Assembly (NCBI GenBank): GCA_902610585.1
Contig: CACLWE010000001.1
Coordinates: 3,922-67,921, forward strand
Length of the DNA: 64,000 nt
Origin: an uncultured Pelagibacteraceae bacterium
GTDB lineage: Bacteria; Pseudomonadota; Alphaproteobacteria; Pelagibacterales; AG-422-B15
Direction of reading: 5' to 3'
Under the pieces are notes generated by a model, which did not search any database, was not told the origin of the DNA, and saw nothing but the letters and a program-made list of their open reading frames with translations. Both the position numbers and the translations under genes were made by a program. Positions 51,471 through 63,365 of this stretch are shown piece after piece (positions within the stretch are counted from its first letter, which is position 1; each line of letters opens with the position of its first letter).

Positions 51471-51855
51471 TTTTAAAACTCTCTAACATGTTACCCATCA
51501 TCTTGTGTATTATATTAACACCCTGGAGTGGTCTGATAAATACTTTAAATTCAGTAATAAGTCCAGCTTCATTCCATGTAATGAGGTCGATTCCATTTAT
51601 ATCAGTATCTTCAATAGTCAAAGTAAATTCAAGGCTGGCGTTTGTTTTTCCAATTATTTCTTTATGATATTTAAAATTCGATGCATTAAATACTTCTGAT
51701 GCAGCCATTAAATATTTTAATGTGATATCTTTTCCTCGCTGAGGTGTGTACACAACTGGAGAATAAAAAATAACATGCTCATCTAATATCTCTGTCAGAG
51801 CATTATAGTCTCGAAGATTAACAACATCATGCCATCTTGATATTGGGTTTTGCAT
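51460..51855 (-). CDS. NTF2/SnoaL-like protein
   Basis: 'WH...D...L..IL...V.FYSPVV.TP..GK', 'NGIDLI.W...G.I.EFKV.IRP'. Confidence 0.88.
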   Translation of the reverse strand: MQNPISRWHDVVNLRDYNALTEILDEHVIFYSPVVYTPQRGKDITLKYLMAASEVFNASNFKYHKEIIGKTNASLEFTLTIEDTDINGIDLITWNEAGLITEFKVFIRPLQGVNIIHKMMGNMLESFKNVS

Positions 51856-51876
51856 ATTTATTAATATATAATTTAT

Positions 51877-52794
51877 TTATTTCTTAGCAAGCGGATGGGT
51901 TTTTGAATATGCTTCATATAGTCGCTCAGTCTCAACTTTGGTATATCTTTGAGTTGTGGAAAGACTGCTGTGTCCCAATAATTCTTGAATTGTTCTCAGG
52001 TCTCCACCTGAGTCAAGCAAATGTGTAGCAAAACTATGTCTTAACGCATGAGGGGTTGCAGTTTCAGGTAAAGACAAATTATGCCTAATTTTTTCCAAAG
52101 TATATTGAATAATTCTCGGACTAAGACGGTTCATTCTTTTACCTAAAAAAAGTGGATCACCATTTTCAAAACCCTTTGGACACTCTTTTATATATTCTTT
52201 TATTTCGTGCTTAATAAATTCCATTAAAGGCACGAGTCTTTCTTTGTTACCTTTGCCTCTAATGACCAAATATTCATTCTCATTAATATCTTCATAATTT
52301 AAATTTAATGCCTCGGAAATTCTCAATCCGCATCCATATAAAAGCATAAGGATTGACTTATTACGTAATCCCACCCATTTCTCTTTTTCAATTTCTTGTG
52401 AATATTTTATAGCTTTAATTGCAAGATCAGCTGAAATTGGTCTGGGCAAAGATTTTTTTGTTTTCGGAGATTTTAAAGATTGTATCGTACTATTTTTTAT
52501 TTTTTCATTCTTTACTAAGAAATTAAAAAAAGATTTTAATGATGATATCACTCTTGCAATTGATGTAGTTCGAATACCTTGATTTCTTAAAAAGGATAAG
52601 AAACTTCTGAAGTCAGAAATTTGCATACTATCAAGATCATTTATTGATAAGCTACCCCCAAAATGGTCCTTTGAAAAAATTAAAAATTTTTCAACGTCAT
52701 TTTTGTAGCTTATAAGCGTGTTGTCACTTAAGTTTCTAACTTTTTGTAAATTTTCAATCCAATCGTGAAAGCATTCTTTAACTTGTTTATTCAC
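51877..52794 (-). CDS. xerC: Tyrosine recombinase XerC
   Basis: 'GLRISE', 'GKGNKER', 'TPHALRHSFATHLL', 'LGHSSLSTTQRY'; lpdA/xerC/priA synteny. Confidence 0.9.
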   Translation of the reverse strand: MNKQVKECFHDWIENLQKVRNLSDNTLISYKNDVEKFLIFSKDHFGGSLSINDLDSMQISDFRSFLSFLRNQGIRTTSIARVISSLKSFFNFLVKNEKIKNSTIQSLKSPKTKKSLPRPISADLAIKAIKYSQEIEKEKWVGLRNKSILMLLYGCGLRISEALNLNYEDINENEYLVIRGKGNKERLVPLMEFIKHEIKEYIKECPKGFENGDPLFLGKRMNRLSPRIIQYTLEKIRHNLSLPETATPHALRHSFATHLLDSGGDLRTIQELLGHSSLSTTQRYTKVETERLYEAYSKTHPLAKK

Positions 52795-52797
52795 GCA

Positions 52798-53454
52798 CTA
52801 AAGAATTTTTTGTTTTGTTTTTTTCCAATCATCAAGAAAAGCTTTTAAACCCTTATCTGTTAAGGGATGCTTATATAGCTTTTCAAGTGTTGCAGGCGGC
52901 AAGGTGACTACATCAGCACCAATCATTCCAGACTCTATTACATGATCAACAGTTCTAACTGAAGCAACTAATATTTTTGTTTTAATATTTTTATAATTTG
53001 AATATATCGCTTTGATTTCTCTAATTAGGTTCATTCCATTTTCACCTATATCATCTAATCGTCCAACAAATGGAGATATATATGTTGCTCCACATTTAGC
53101 AGCAATTAATGCCTGCGCAGCTGAAAAACATAGGGTTACATTGGTCTTGATTTTTTTGCTGCTTAGTATCTTACAAGCTTTAAGACCTTCTTCTGTTAAA
53201 GGTAACTTGATAACAATATTTTTGGATATTTTTGATAGTATTTTTGCTTCTGCAATCATTCCCTTGCATTCAATGGCTGTAACTTCAGCACTAATCGGCC
53301 CTTTTATCATTTTAGAAATTTCTTTAAGTATTTTTTTAAAATCTTTTCCTGATTTGGCCACTAATGATGGATTGGTTGTAATTCCATTAATCAAGCCGGT
53401 TTCTTTAAATTCTCTAATTACTTCTACATCTGCTGTATCTAAAAAGAATTCCAT
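52798..53454 (-). CDS. Transaldolase / fructose-6-phosphate aldolase family (TalC-type)
   Basis: 'FFLDTA', 'GITTNPSL', 'SAEV', 'IKLP', 'NVTLCFS', 'SPFVGRLDD', 'ASVR'. Confidence 0.92.
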   Translation of the reverse strand: MEFFLDTADVEVIREFKETGLINGITTNPSLVAKSGKDFKKILKEISKMIKGPISAEVTAIECKGMIAEAKILSKISKNIVIKLPLTEEGLKACKILSSKKIKTNVTLCFSAAQALIAAKCGATYISPFVGRLDDIGENGMNLIREIKAIYSNYKNIKTKILVASVRTVDHVIESGMIGADVVTLPPATLEKLYKHPLTDKGLKAFLDDWKKTKQKIL

Positions 53455-53512
53455 AACAAATAATATTTTGACTGATATATTTATATCATAGTTAGAGATT
53501 CAAACAAAATTT

Positions 53513-55507
53513 ATGAATAAAATTATTTACTATATAGATGTCTTATTAGCTCACAATGTAAGTGAAGAATTTACCTATAAGCATGAAACGATTGAAAAAC
53601 CTAGAGTCGGAATGATTGTTTTAGCTCCTTTGCGCTCAGGAAAAAAAATTGGAGTTATCACCAAAGTAAACAGTGTTTTAAATGATTCAAAAATAAAGTT
53701 GAAATTTATAAAAGAAATTTCACCCGAATATAGACTGAATTCAAAAATGATAAAGTTTTTAAATTGGGTTAGTAATTACAATTTAATTGATAGAGGGCTA
53801 GTTCTCAAAATGATTTTGTCGCATAGTAAATTTTATTTTAAGAAGAAAAAAACAAAAGAACTCACTTCGAATATTAAAAAAAATGTTAAGGCAATAAAGC
53901 TAAGTTTGGAGCAAAAAAGGGCGTCTCAAGATATACTAAAAATTTTCCAACAACGAAATTTTAAGTCTGTCCTACTTGATGGTGTTCCTGGATCTGGAAA
54001 AACAGAAGTTTATTTTGATGTTATAAAAAAATTTATTAAAGACGGTGAACAAGTTTTAATTATGTTTCCAGAAGTTTCATTGACAGGAGATTTTGTAAAT
54101 AGAATTGAAGAAAGATTTGGGTTTTCACCAGTAGTTTGGCACTCAAAGATAAGTACTGCTTATAAAACAAAAGCATTAAAGAGCATTATTGATGGTACTT
54201 CTCAAATTATTATTGGTGCTCGTTCTTCTTTATTTCTACCATACAAAAACCTATCAATGATTGTCTTAGATGAAGAACATGACAGCTCTTATAAACAAGA
54301 AGAACAAGGTATATACCACGCACGGGATATGTCAGTTGTTAAGAGTTCAATAGAAGATATTCCAATTATTTTAACAAGCGCTACCCCATCACTCGAGACA
54401 ATTTTTAATGTGATGAATAAAAAATATAATAAAGTTTCGATTAAAAATAAGTATTTTAATCAAGAAGAAAATGAAATTTTCATAGTTAATATGAAAAAAG
54501 AAAAATTAAAAAAAGATCAATGGTTATCTGAAAGACTCATTAAAGAAATCAGTCAGACATTGAATAAGAAACAGCAGACATTGCTTTATATCAACAAAAG
54601 AGGATATGCACCCGTAATTATTTGTAAGTCATGTGGGCATAAAATCACATGTAAAAACTGCTCAAGCTACTTAGTAGAACATTTAAAGAATAAAAAATTA
54701 CTATGTCATCACTGCGGTCATAGTATTTTTACAAAGGGCTTAGAATGTCCTTCATGTCAAAATAATGATAGCCACTTTATTGATTATGGAGCTGGCGTTG
54801 AAAAGATATTTACAGAAATTTCAAAAACTTTTCCCTTGGCAAAGATATGCCTATTCTCTAGTGATCATATAAAATCACAAGATGAATTAGAAATTAAGGT
54901 AAAACAAATTAAAGATCATGAATACGATATTATTATTGGAACTCAACTTATAACTAAAGGTTATCATTTTCCTAGCCTTGCATGTGTTGGAATAATTGAT
55001 GCTGACATGACATTGAAAGGTGGTGATCTGAGAGCTTCTGAAAAAACTTATCAGGCCTTATACCAAGTATCTGGAAGAGCAGGACGGGCTCAAACAAAAG
55101 GAAGAGTAATTATTCAAACATATTATCCTGAAAACGAAACTATTCAGTCTCTTGCAAAATTAGATCGAGATGCATTTTATGAAAATGAAATATATTATCG
55201 CAAACTTAATAATCTTCCACCCTCAGGAAAAATGGCAGCAATAATTGTTAGTGGAAATAATATTGCCAAGGTGAGGGAGCAATGCAGTATCATGTTTGGT
55301 TCTATTCCAAATATTTCAGAACTTGAAATATATGGTCCAGCCCCAGCCCCATTGTCCAAGTTAAAAGGACGCCACAGGCAGAGATTTTTGATACATGACA
55401 AAAAAGCCAGAAATATGCAAAAAATAGTCAATGCTTGGCTCAAGAATTCCAAATCATTATCTAGCGTAAACATATCTGTGGATATCGACCCGTTTAGCTT
55501 TGTATAA
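53513..55507 (+). CDS. priA: Primosomal protein N'
   Basis: 'GVPGSGKTEVY', 'DEEH', 'SATPS', four CxxC pairs, 'QVSGRAGR'. Confidence 0.97.
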   Translation: MNKIIYYIDVLLAHNVSEEFTYKHETIEKPRVGMIVLAPLRSGKKIGVITKVNSVLNDSKIKLKFIKEISPEYRLNSKMIKFLNWVSNYNLIDRGLVLKMILSHSKFYFKKKKTKELTSNIKKNVKAIKLSLEQKRASQDILKIFQQRNFKSVLLDGVPGSGKTEVYFDVIKKFIKDGEQVLIMFPEVSLTGDFVNRIEERFGFSPVVWHSKISTAYKTKALKSIIDGTSQIIIGARSSLFLPYKNLSMIVLDEEHDSSYKQEEQGIYHARDMSVVKSSIEDIPIILTSATPSLETIFNVMNKKYNKVSIKNKYFNQEENEIFIVNMKKEKLKKDQWLSERLIKEISQTLNKKQQTLLYINKRGYAPVIICKSCGHKITCKNCSSYLVEHLKNKKLLCHHCGHSIFTKGLECPSCQNNDSHFIDYGAGVEKIFTEISKTFPLAKICLFSSDHIKSQDELEIKVKQIKDHEYDIIIGTQLITKGYHFPSLACVGIIDADMTLKGGDLRASEKTYQALYQVSGRAGRAQTKGRVIIQTYYPENETIQSLAKLDRDAFYENEIYYRKLNNLPPSGKMAAIIVSGNNIAKVREQCSIMFGSIPNISELEIYGPAPAPLSKLKGRHRQRFLIHDKKARNMQKIVNAWLKNSKSLSSVNISVDIDPFSFV

Positions 55508-55591
55508 AATTCGAATTGCGACATTCCAATACTTGAAAAATATGAGAGTTAATGGTACGGAAAGAGTGAATTTTTAAGGAATTTCCACATA

Positions 55592-56152
55592 ATGGCTAAC
55601 GCAAGTACAAGACAAGTCGCATCAGTTGATAGATATGCTAATGCATTATTTCAGTTGGCAAAAGAGGCCAAAGTACTCGAAACTGTCTCTAGTGAACTTT
55701 TAAATTTAAAAAAAATACTGAATGAAGATGGTACTTTACTATCCATGGTTAAGAATCCTTCAATCAGCAAATCTAACAAATTTAATTTTTTTAATTCACT
55801 TTCTGAGAAAATTGAAATGTCCAAGCTGGCAAAAAATTTTATTGGAGTAATAATTAATAAAAATCGAATAAACTACTTAATGGATATAATTAATTCATTT
55901 GAGAAATTAATGTCTGGACTTAAGGGTGAGATGTCAGCAACAATTACTTCAGCTAAAGTTCTGAAAGAAGAAGAATTAAAACATATTAATGATAAACTCA
56001 AAGATAAGTTTAGTTCAGAATTTAATATTAACACTATAGTTGATGAGACATTAATAGGGGGTCTTAAAATACAAGTTGGTAGTCAAATGATTGATAGCAG
56101 TATTAAAAATCAACTCCAAACATTAAAAGAAAAAATGAAAGAGGTCGCTTAA
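55592..56152 (+). CDS. atpH: ATP synthase F1 delta subunit
   Basis: 'RYANALF', 'LIGG...[10 protein letters not shown]'. Confidence 0.96.
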   Translation: MANASTRQVASVDRYANALFQLAKEAKVLETVSSELLNLKKILNEDGTLLSMVKNPSISKSNKFNFFNSLSEKIEMSKLAKNFIGVIINKNRINYLMDIINSFEKLMSGLKGEMSATITSAKVLKEEELKHINDKLKDKFSSEFNINTIVDETLIGGLKIQVGSQMIDSSIKNQLQTLKEKMKEVA

Positions 56153-57678
56153 TGGACATACAACCATCAGAAATATCAAAAATACTCAAAGAAGAAATTA
56201 AAAATTTTGGATCTGACTCTGAAATTACAGAAGTTGGTCAAGTTCTTTCAATTGGAGATGGTATCGCAAGAATTTATGGTCTTGATAATGTTCAGGCCGG
56301 TGAAATGGTAATGTTTGATGATGGTACAAGAGGAATGGCCCTTAACCTGGAGGATGATAATGTAGGTGTTGTACTATTTGGAAGTGATGCAAATATTAAA
56401 GAAGGTGATACAGTTAAAAGGACAAACTCTATTGTTGATGTTCCAGTAGGTAAAGAGTTGCTAGGAAGAGTTGTGGACGCTCTTGGAAATCCTATAGATG
56501 GAAAAGGAAACATAGAGTCACAGAATAGAAGTCGTATTGAAGTTAAAGCGCCAGGTATAATACCAAGAAAATCAGTATCCGAACCAATGCAAACAGGTCT
56601 TAAAGCGATCGACAGCTTGATTCCAATTGGCAGAGGGCAACGTGAATTAATTATTGGTGACAGACAAACTGGAAAAACAGCAATTGCTATTGATACTATC
56701 ATAAATCAAAAATCTATTAATGAGTCTGGCGATGAAACTAAGAAACTTTATTGTATTTATGTCGGTATAGGTCAAAAAAGATCTTCGATTGCTCAAACAG
56801 TGAAAGCCTTAGAAGACGCTGGTGCAATGGAATATACTACAGTTGTTGCAGCAACAGCAAGTGACGCTGCTCCACTACAATTTCTTGCTCCTTATACTGG
56901 TTGTTCAATGGGTGAATATTTCCGTGATAATGGAATGCATGCATTAATAATTTATGATGATTTATCAAAACAGGCAGTAGCTTATAGACAAATGTCATTA
57001 CTTCTTAGAAGACCTCCAGGACGTGAAGCATTTCCAGGAGATGTATTTTATCTTCACAGTAGATTACTTGAGAGAGCAGCCAAGATGAATGATGAAAATG
57101 GAGGTGGTTCACTAACAGCGTTGCCTGTGATTGAAACTCAAGCAAATGATGTTAGTGCATTTATACCAACAAACGTGATTTCAATCACTGATGGTCAAAT
57201 TTTTCTAGAAACTGAATTGTTTAACCAAGGTATCAGACCTGCAGTTAATGTAGGTTTAAGCGTGTCACGAGTTGGTTCTGCAGCGCAAACTAAGGCGATG
57301 AAGAAGGTTGCAGGCTCGATAAAACTTGAACTGGCCCAGTACCGTGAAATGGCAGCATTTGCCCAATTTGGTTCAGACCTAGATGCCTCGACTCAGAAGC
57401 TATTAAATAGAGGTTCAAAACTTACCGAACTATTAAAGCAAAACCAGTATTCACCGATGACAATTGCAGAGCAAGTTGTTTCAATTTTTACTGGTGTGAA
57501 CGGTTACTTAGATGATCTGGAGTTGAATCAGATAAGGGATTTCGAAAAAGATCTATTTGAACTTATAAAATCATCTCATTCAGATATTATTGAGTCTATC
57601 AATTCATCTGGAGACTTGAACGATGATACTTCCAGTAAATTAACATCAATAATTGAAGAGTTTAAAAAAAATAGGTAA
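56152..57678 (+). CDS. atpA: ATP synthase F1 alpha subunit
   Basis: 'GDRQTGKT', '[24 protein letters not shown]'. Confidence 0.99.
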   Translation: MDIQPSEISKILKEEIKNFGSDSEITEVGQVLSIGDGIARIYGLDNVQAGEMVMFDDGTRGMALNLEDDNVGVVLFGSDANIKEGDTVKRTNSIVDVPVGKELLGRVVDALGNPIDGKGNIESQNRSRIEVKAPGIIPRKSVSEPMQTGLKAIDSLIPIGRGQRELIIGDRQTGKTAIAIDTIINQKSINESGDETKKLYCIYVGIGQKRSSIAQTVKALEDAGAMEYTTVVAATASDAAPLQFLAPYTGCSMGEYFRDNGMHALIIYDDLSKQAVAYRQMSLLLRRPPGREAFPGDVFYLHSRLLERAAKMNDENGGGSLTALPVIETQANDVSAFIPTNVISITDGQIFLETELFNQGIRPAVNVGLSVSRVGSAAQTKAMKKVAGSIKLELAQYREMAAFAQFGSDLDASTQKLLNRGSKLTELLKQNQYSPMTIAEQVVSIFTGVNGYLDDLELNQIRDFEKDLFELIKSSHSDIIESINSSGDLNDDTSSKLTSIIEEFKKNR

Positions 57679-58563
57679 ATGCCAAGTTTAGACGATCTAA
57701 AAAAACGAATTGGTAGCGTTAAGTCTACTCAAAAAATAACTAAAGCCATGAAAATGGTTGCGGCTGCAAAATTACGGCGTGCCCAAGAGTCTGCTGAGTC
57801 AAGTCGTCCTTATTCTGAGACCATGGAAGATCTTATATCATCTATATCATCTGGGTACTCTCCAACTTCAAATGAAAGAAATTTATTAACCGGAGATAAT
57901 GAGGACTCAATTCATATGTTGATCCTCTTTACATCTGAGAGAGGACTATGTGGTGGATTTAATTCAATTGTCACTAAATCACTTCGAGATAAAGTAGCAA
58001 GTCTTGAGGAGTCAGGCAAACAAGTAAAAATTATTTGTGTCGGAAAAAAGGGTTATGACATTATTAAAAGACAGCATGAAGAAAAAATTGTCGAAGTTGT
58101 TGATATGAGATCTGTTAAGTCTGCTTCTTATCAGGATGCAAAAAATATAGCTGACAAAATAATAAAAATGTATTTTGACGAAGAATTTGATAAATGTTCT
58201 ATCTTTTATAACAAGTTTAAATCAGTAATATCACAGATTCCGACTGAACAACAAATTGTTCCAATTGATATTACTGAAAACGAGTCAGATACAACGAAAA
58301 ATGACAATACTTTTTTTGAATTTGAACCTGGTGAGAGTGAAATACTCGATGAACTACTCCCGCTGAACTTTACAATACAAATATTTAAAGCTTTACTAGA
58401 AAGTGCAGCTAGCGAACAAGGTGCTAGAATGAGCGCTATGGATAATGCATCAAGAAATGCTTCTGATATGATTGATAATTTAACACTATTTTATAACCGT
58501 TCCAGACAAGCTGTTATTACTAAAGAGCTTATTGAGATAATTTCTGGAGCAGAAGCAGTTTAA
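57679..58563 (+). CDS. atpG: ATP synthase F1 gamma subunit
   Basis: 'KITKAMKMVAA', 'RGLCGGFN', 'RQAVITKELIEI'. Confidence 0.99.
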   Translation: MPSLDDLKKRIGSVKSTQKITKAMKMVAAAKLRRAQESAESSRPYSETMEDLISSISSGYSPTSNERNLLTGDNEDSIHMLILFTSERGLCGGFNSIVTKSLRDKVASLEESGKQVKIICVGKKGYDIIKRQHEEKIVEVVDMRSVKSASYQDAKNIADKIIKMYFDEEFDKCSIFYNKFKSVISQIPTEQQIVPIDITENESDTTKNDNTFFEFEPGESEILDELLPLNFTIQIFKALLESAASEQGARMSAMDNASRNASDMIDNLTLFYNRSRQAVITKELIEIISGAEAV

Positions 58564-58567
58564 TTAA

Positions 58568-60004
<1,437 letters not shown>

Positions 60005-60009
60005 CTTGA

Positions 60010-60396
60010 ATGTCTGATCAATTTAACTATAAATTAGTAACACCTGAAAAAATATACCTTGAGGGTGATGCTCAAATGGTTGTCTTACCTGGTGCGGAGG
60101 GTGATCTTGGAGTGCTTCCAAATCACTCAAATATTATTACTTCTCTTAGGCCAGGAATCATAAAAGTAACTAATTCAGATCAAACACAATCATTGTTTGT
60201 TGAAGAGGGCTTTATTAAATTCTCTAACAACGAGCTACTTGTTATAGCTGTGGGTTTGGATGAAGAAGCTGCTCTAAATAATGATTTTATCAATGCTAAA
60301 ATTGAGAATTATTCTTCAGCTCTTAATGCTGCTGATGAAGCCCAAAAAATGAAAATTCAGAAAAAAATTGATAGTTTAAGACTTCTTTTAAATTAA
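60010..60396 (+). CDS. atpC: ATP synthase F1 epsilon subunit
   Basis: 'LVTPE', 'PGAEGDLGVLPNH', 'LRPG'. Confidence 0.95.
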   Translation: MSDQFNYKLVTPEKIYLEGDAQMVVLPGAEGDLGVLPNHSNIITSLRPGIIKVTNSDQTQSLFVEEGFIKFSNNELLVIAVGLDEEAALNNDFINAKIENYSSALNAADEAQKMKIQKKIDSLRLLLN

Positions 60397-60863
60397 CCAT
60401 CAATATTATTAATCTCTTTAAATATACTTGTATAAAGTCTTCTTTTAAAGGGAACGATTTTTTCAAGTATATTATCTTGTGTAGACCATTCCCATTTCTT
60501 AAATTCCGGTTTTTTTGTTTTAATATTTATATCTTCATCTTTTCCAGTAAAACTTATTATAAACCATTTTTGTTTTTGACCAATAAATCTACCTTTCCAA
60601 AGTTTTTTTCTTAAATAAGAAGGAAGTTTATAAAAATACCAAGTTTTACATTCATATATAATTTTATAATTTTTTTTAATTCCAGTTTCCTCTTTCATTT
60701 CTCGTATAACAGCTGTTGCAGGGCTTTCCCCTTTATCAATTCCACCTTGTGGCATCTGCCAAGCTGATTTATCTTTATCAAATCTCTGTCCAATAAAAAT
60801 TTGCTTTTTAGAGTTGAGTATGATCATTCCAACTCCTCTTCTATATCTTGGTTTTTGATCCAT
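60393..60863 (-). CDS. rppH: RNA pyrophosphohydrolase
   Basis: 'WQMPQGGID', Nudix box 'REMKEETG', 'GQKQKWF', 'VPFKR'. Confidence 0.95.
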   Translation of the reverse strand: MDQKPRYRRGVGMIILNSKKQIFIGQRFDKDKSAWQMPQGGIDKGESPATAVIREMKEETGIKKNYKIIYECKTWYFYKLPSYLRKKLWKGRFIGQKQKWFIISFTGKDEDINIKTKKPEFKKWEWSTQDNILEKIVPFKRRLYTSIFKEINNIDG

Positions 60864-60890
60864 TCTGTTCTATTGCTGAAAATATTAATT

Positions 60891-62039
60891 TTATTCAACT
60901 ATCTTTTCTTTATCAAAAAGATCTAGAGCATAATTTAATTGATTATCGGTTTCTTCGTCCTCATCATAAATATATTCAACTTCAATATCTGGAGTTATTC
61001 CAACTCTATGAATAGAGTCACCAGAGGGTGTATAATAAAGCGCTGTTGTCATTCTGATGGCACTAGAATCTTTTAATGGAAAGATCGTTTGAACTGATCC
61101 CTTTCCATATGATTGTTCTCCAAGGATAATTGCGCGTTTGTGGTCTTGAAGCGCGCCGGCAACAATTTCAGAGGCTGATGCGGATCCCTGATTTATAAGA
61201 ACAATAATTGGCTTATCGTTTGCAATGTCCCCACCTGACGCTGTAAACCTTGATATATCATTTTTATCTCTTCCCTTTATTGATACAATTTCACCAGATT
61301 TTAGGAAGTTATTTGTAACTTTTGCCGATTGATCCAATAAACCACCAGGATTATTCCTTAAATCAATTATGTAGCCTTCAACATTATTTTTTCCGATACT
61401 GTTTGATAATTCTTTTACAGCATTTCTAATGCCTTTATCGGCTTGTTCACTGAATGAAATTAATCTTATGTATCCAATGTTACCTTCAGCCTTAAATTTA
61501 ACTGCTTGTACAGTTATAACCGCCCTTTTTAATGTCACATCTATGGGGTCTTCTTCTCCGATTCTAACCACTTTTATTGTTAATGATTTACCTACAGGCC
61601 CTCGTAAAAGTTCAACAGCTTCACTTAGTGTTAATCCAAGCACGTCAATTTCATCAATATGTGTAATATAATCACCAGGGCGCATTCCTGCTCTCGCAGC
61701 CGGAGTGTCATCAATTGGGGAAATTACTTTTACATACCCGTTTTCCATTGTTACCTCAATTCCAAGTCCCCCAAATTCGCCTTTAGTTTCTTCTTGCATA
61801 TCAGTATAAATTTCTGAGTCCATATAGCTTGAAAATGGATCCAATGATTGAAGCATACCGTTAATTGCGTATTCAATTACCTTCTCATCATCTATATCCT
61901 CGACATAATTACTTTTTATAATGTCAAAAACATCCCCAAAGACATCCAATTTTTTATAAAGGTCTTGGTTATTTGCAGAGATATAATTAAAGCTAAAAAG
62001 TGATATAACAAACGATAGCGTAATAAACAAAATTTTCAT
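60891..62039 (-). CDS. ctpA: Carboxy-terminal processing protease (S41, PDZ)
   Basis: 'LDP.S.Y', 'FGGLG', 'DLRNNPGG', 'SASASEI', 'GKGSVQ'. Confidence 0.93.
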   Translation of the reverse strand: MKILFITLSFVISLFSFNYISANNQDLYKKLDVFGDVFDIIKSNYVEDIDDEKVIEYAINGMLQSLDPFSSYMDSEIYTDMQEETKGEFGGLGIEVTMENGYVKVISPIDDTPAARAGMRPGDYITHIDEIDVLGLTLSEAVELLRGPVGKSLTIKVVRIGEEDPIDVTLKRAVITVQAVKFKAEGNIGYIRLISFSEQADKGIRNAVKELSNSIGKNNVEGYIIDLRNNPGGLLDQSAKVTNNFLKSGEIVSIKGRDKNDISRFTASGGDIANDKPIIVLINQGSASASEIVAGALQDHKRAIILGEQSYGKGSVQTIFPLKDSSAIRMTTALYYTPSGDSIHRVGITPDIEVEYIYDEDEETDNQLNYALDLFDKEKIVE

Positions 62040-62041
62040 TT

Positions 62042-62476
62042 TTAAACTCTATGATATGGATGATTAGATACAATAGTAGCAGATCTATATATTTGTTCTA
62101 ATAAAATTATTAGTGCAAATGAGTGCGTTAATGTCATTTTACTCAAAGAAATAACTTTATTACTTTTTTCTAGTATACCTTTCTTAATACCATCAGTACT
62201 GCCAACAATAAATTTCAAGTTTTTGAAATTATTATTAAATAAGAATACTTTTAAGTCTTCAGTTGAAAAATGCTCACCTTTCTCGTCAAGGCTTACAAAA
62301 CACTCATTGGCCTTCTTTTTAACTATTCTATTTTCAATTCCTTTATTATTAATTTTTACTGTTTTTATATCAGTTATAATATTTCTAAACTGTGAAATAC
62401 GTTTTATATAAATATCATGAAGTTGTTCTTCATGATCAAATTTAAATTTATCAAAATGTAGAATTTCAATTTTCAT
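62042..62476 (-). CDS. rlmH: 23S rRNA m3psi1915 methyltransferase
   Basis: 'LDEKG', 'SLSKMTLTH', 'EQIYR', 'HPYHR'; downstream of rsfS. Confidence 0.9.
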   Translation of the reverse strand: MKIEILHFDKFKFDHEEQLHDIYIKRISQFRNIITDIKTVKINNKGIENRIVKKKANECFVSLDEKGEHFSTEDLKVFLFNNNFKNLKFIVGSTDGIKKGILEKSNKVISLSKMTLTHSFALIILLEQIYRSATIVSNHPYHRV

Positions 62477-62487
62477 TTAAGGATCAA

Positions 62488-62811
62488 TTATTCAATTTCT
62501 GCGGACCACATATTTTCTAAGTTATAAAATTTTCTAATTTCATCTTTGAATAAATGTATAATAACGTCACCACTATCAATTACTATCCAGCCACTGTCTT
62601 GGTTTCCCTCGATTGATGGCAGTGTAATATTTAGACTTTTAAGCATTTTATGAACTGATTGGGAAATTGCGTTTATATGTCTATTTGATGTTCCAGTTGC
62701 AAATACTAAGTGGTCAGCTAGTGATGTTTTTTTAGATATATCTATTGAGACTATATCCAGAGCTTTATTATCCTCTAAATCACTTAATATTTTTTTTAGT
62801 ATTTGAGTCAT
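62488..62811 (-). CDS. rsfS: Ribosome silencing factor
   Basis: 'DNKA.DI', 'TGTS.RH', 'WIVIDSGDVIIHLF', 'RKFYNLE.MW'. Confidence 0.96.
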   Translation of the reverse strand: MTQILKKILSDLEDNKALDIVSIDISKKTSLADHLVFATGTSNRHINAISQSVHKMLKSLNITLPSIEGNQDSGWIVIDSGDVIIHLFKDEIRKFYNLENMWSAEIE

Positions 62812-63365
62812 TTATTATTTCTAATGGCAGTTGATGACTCACTTTCATTGAAGTCACGAATAAATATCCAAGCAGGTGATTTGGTAAATATTAACTTTGC
62901 ATCAGATAATTTTATTTGGTTGTTTTTAAATTTTTCCGCAACTATAGAAGTAAGTGGATTATATAATTTTTCGTTACGATTAAATACAGCAATAGGCATT
63001 TGATTAAAAATATCTAAATAATTTTTCCATTTATCCATTTCTTCAAAAGAGTCGCTACCCATTAAAAATATGAACTCATCCTCGTTAAAGTTGGATTTGA
63101 TATGTTTCAAGTTATCAATTAAATAATTTGAGTTAGTAATATCCTCAAAAAATTTCAGTTTAATATTGTTATTGCCTATTAGTTTTTTTGCTTGATTATT
63201 TCTGTCTTCAAATGACATATAATCATCCTTTTCCTTTAATGGATTTTGCTTTGTGATCATCCACCAGACTTCATCGAGATCAAAAATTTGAATTGCCTTT
63301 TCTGATAATTTTAAATGTCCTAAATGTGCTGGATTAAATGAACTTCCTAAAATGCCAATTTTCAT
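62808..63365 (-). CDS. nadD: Nicotinate-nucleotide adenylyltransferase
   Basis: 'GSSFNPAHLGH', 'NPLK', 'MGSD', 'SSTAIR'. Confidence 0.93.
   Translation of the reverse strand: MKIGILGSSFNPAHLGHLKLSEKAIQIFDLDEVWWMITKQNPLKEKDDYMSFEDRNNQAKKLIGNNNIKLKFFEDITNSNYLIDNLKHIKSNFNEDEFIFLMGSDSFEEMDKWKNYLDIFNQMPIAVFNRNEKLYNPLTSIVAEKFKNNQIKLSDAKLIFTKSPAWIFIRDFNESESSTAIRNNK

Noticed and set aside
51877-52794. Tyrosine recombinase as a possible prophage/island integrase
   Set aside because: Size, motifs and lpdA/tal/priA context fit housekeeping XerC; no att repeats or phage genes seen
53012-53491. 159-aa ORF antisense to transaldolase, and similar short antisense or alternate-frame ORFs throughout the track
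   Set aside because: They overlap well-supported conserved genes and have no recognisable motifs or RBS
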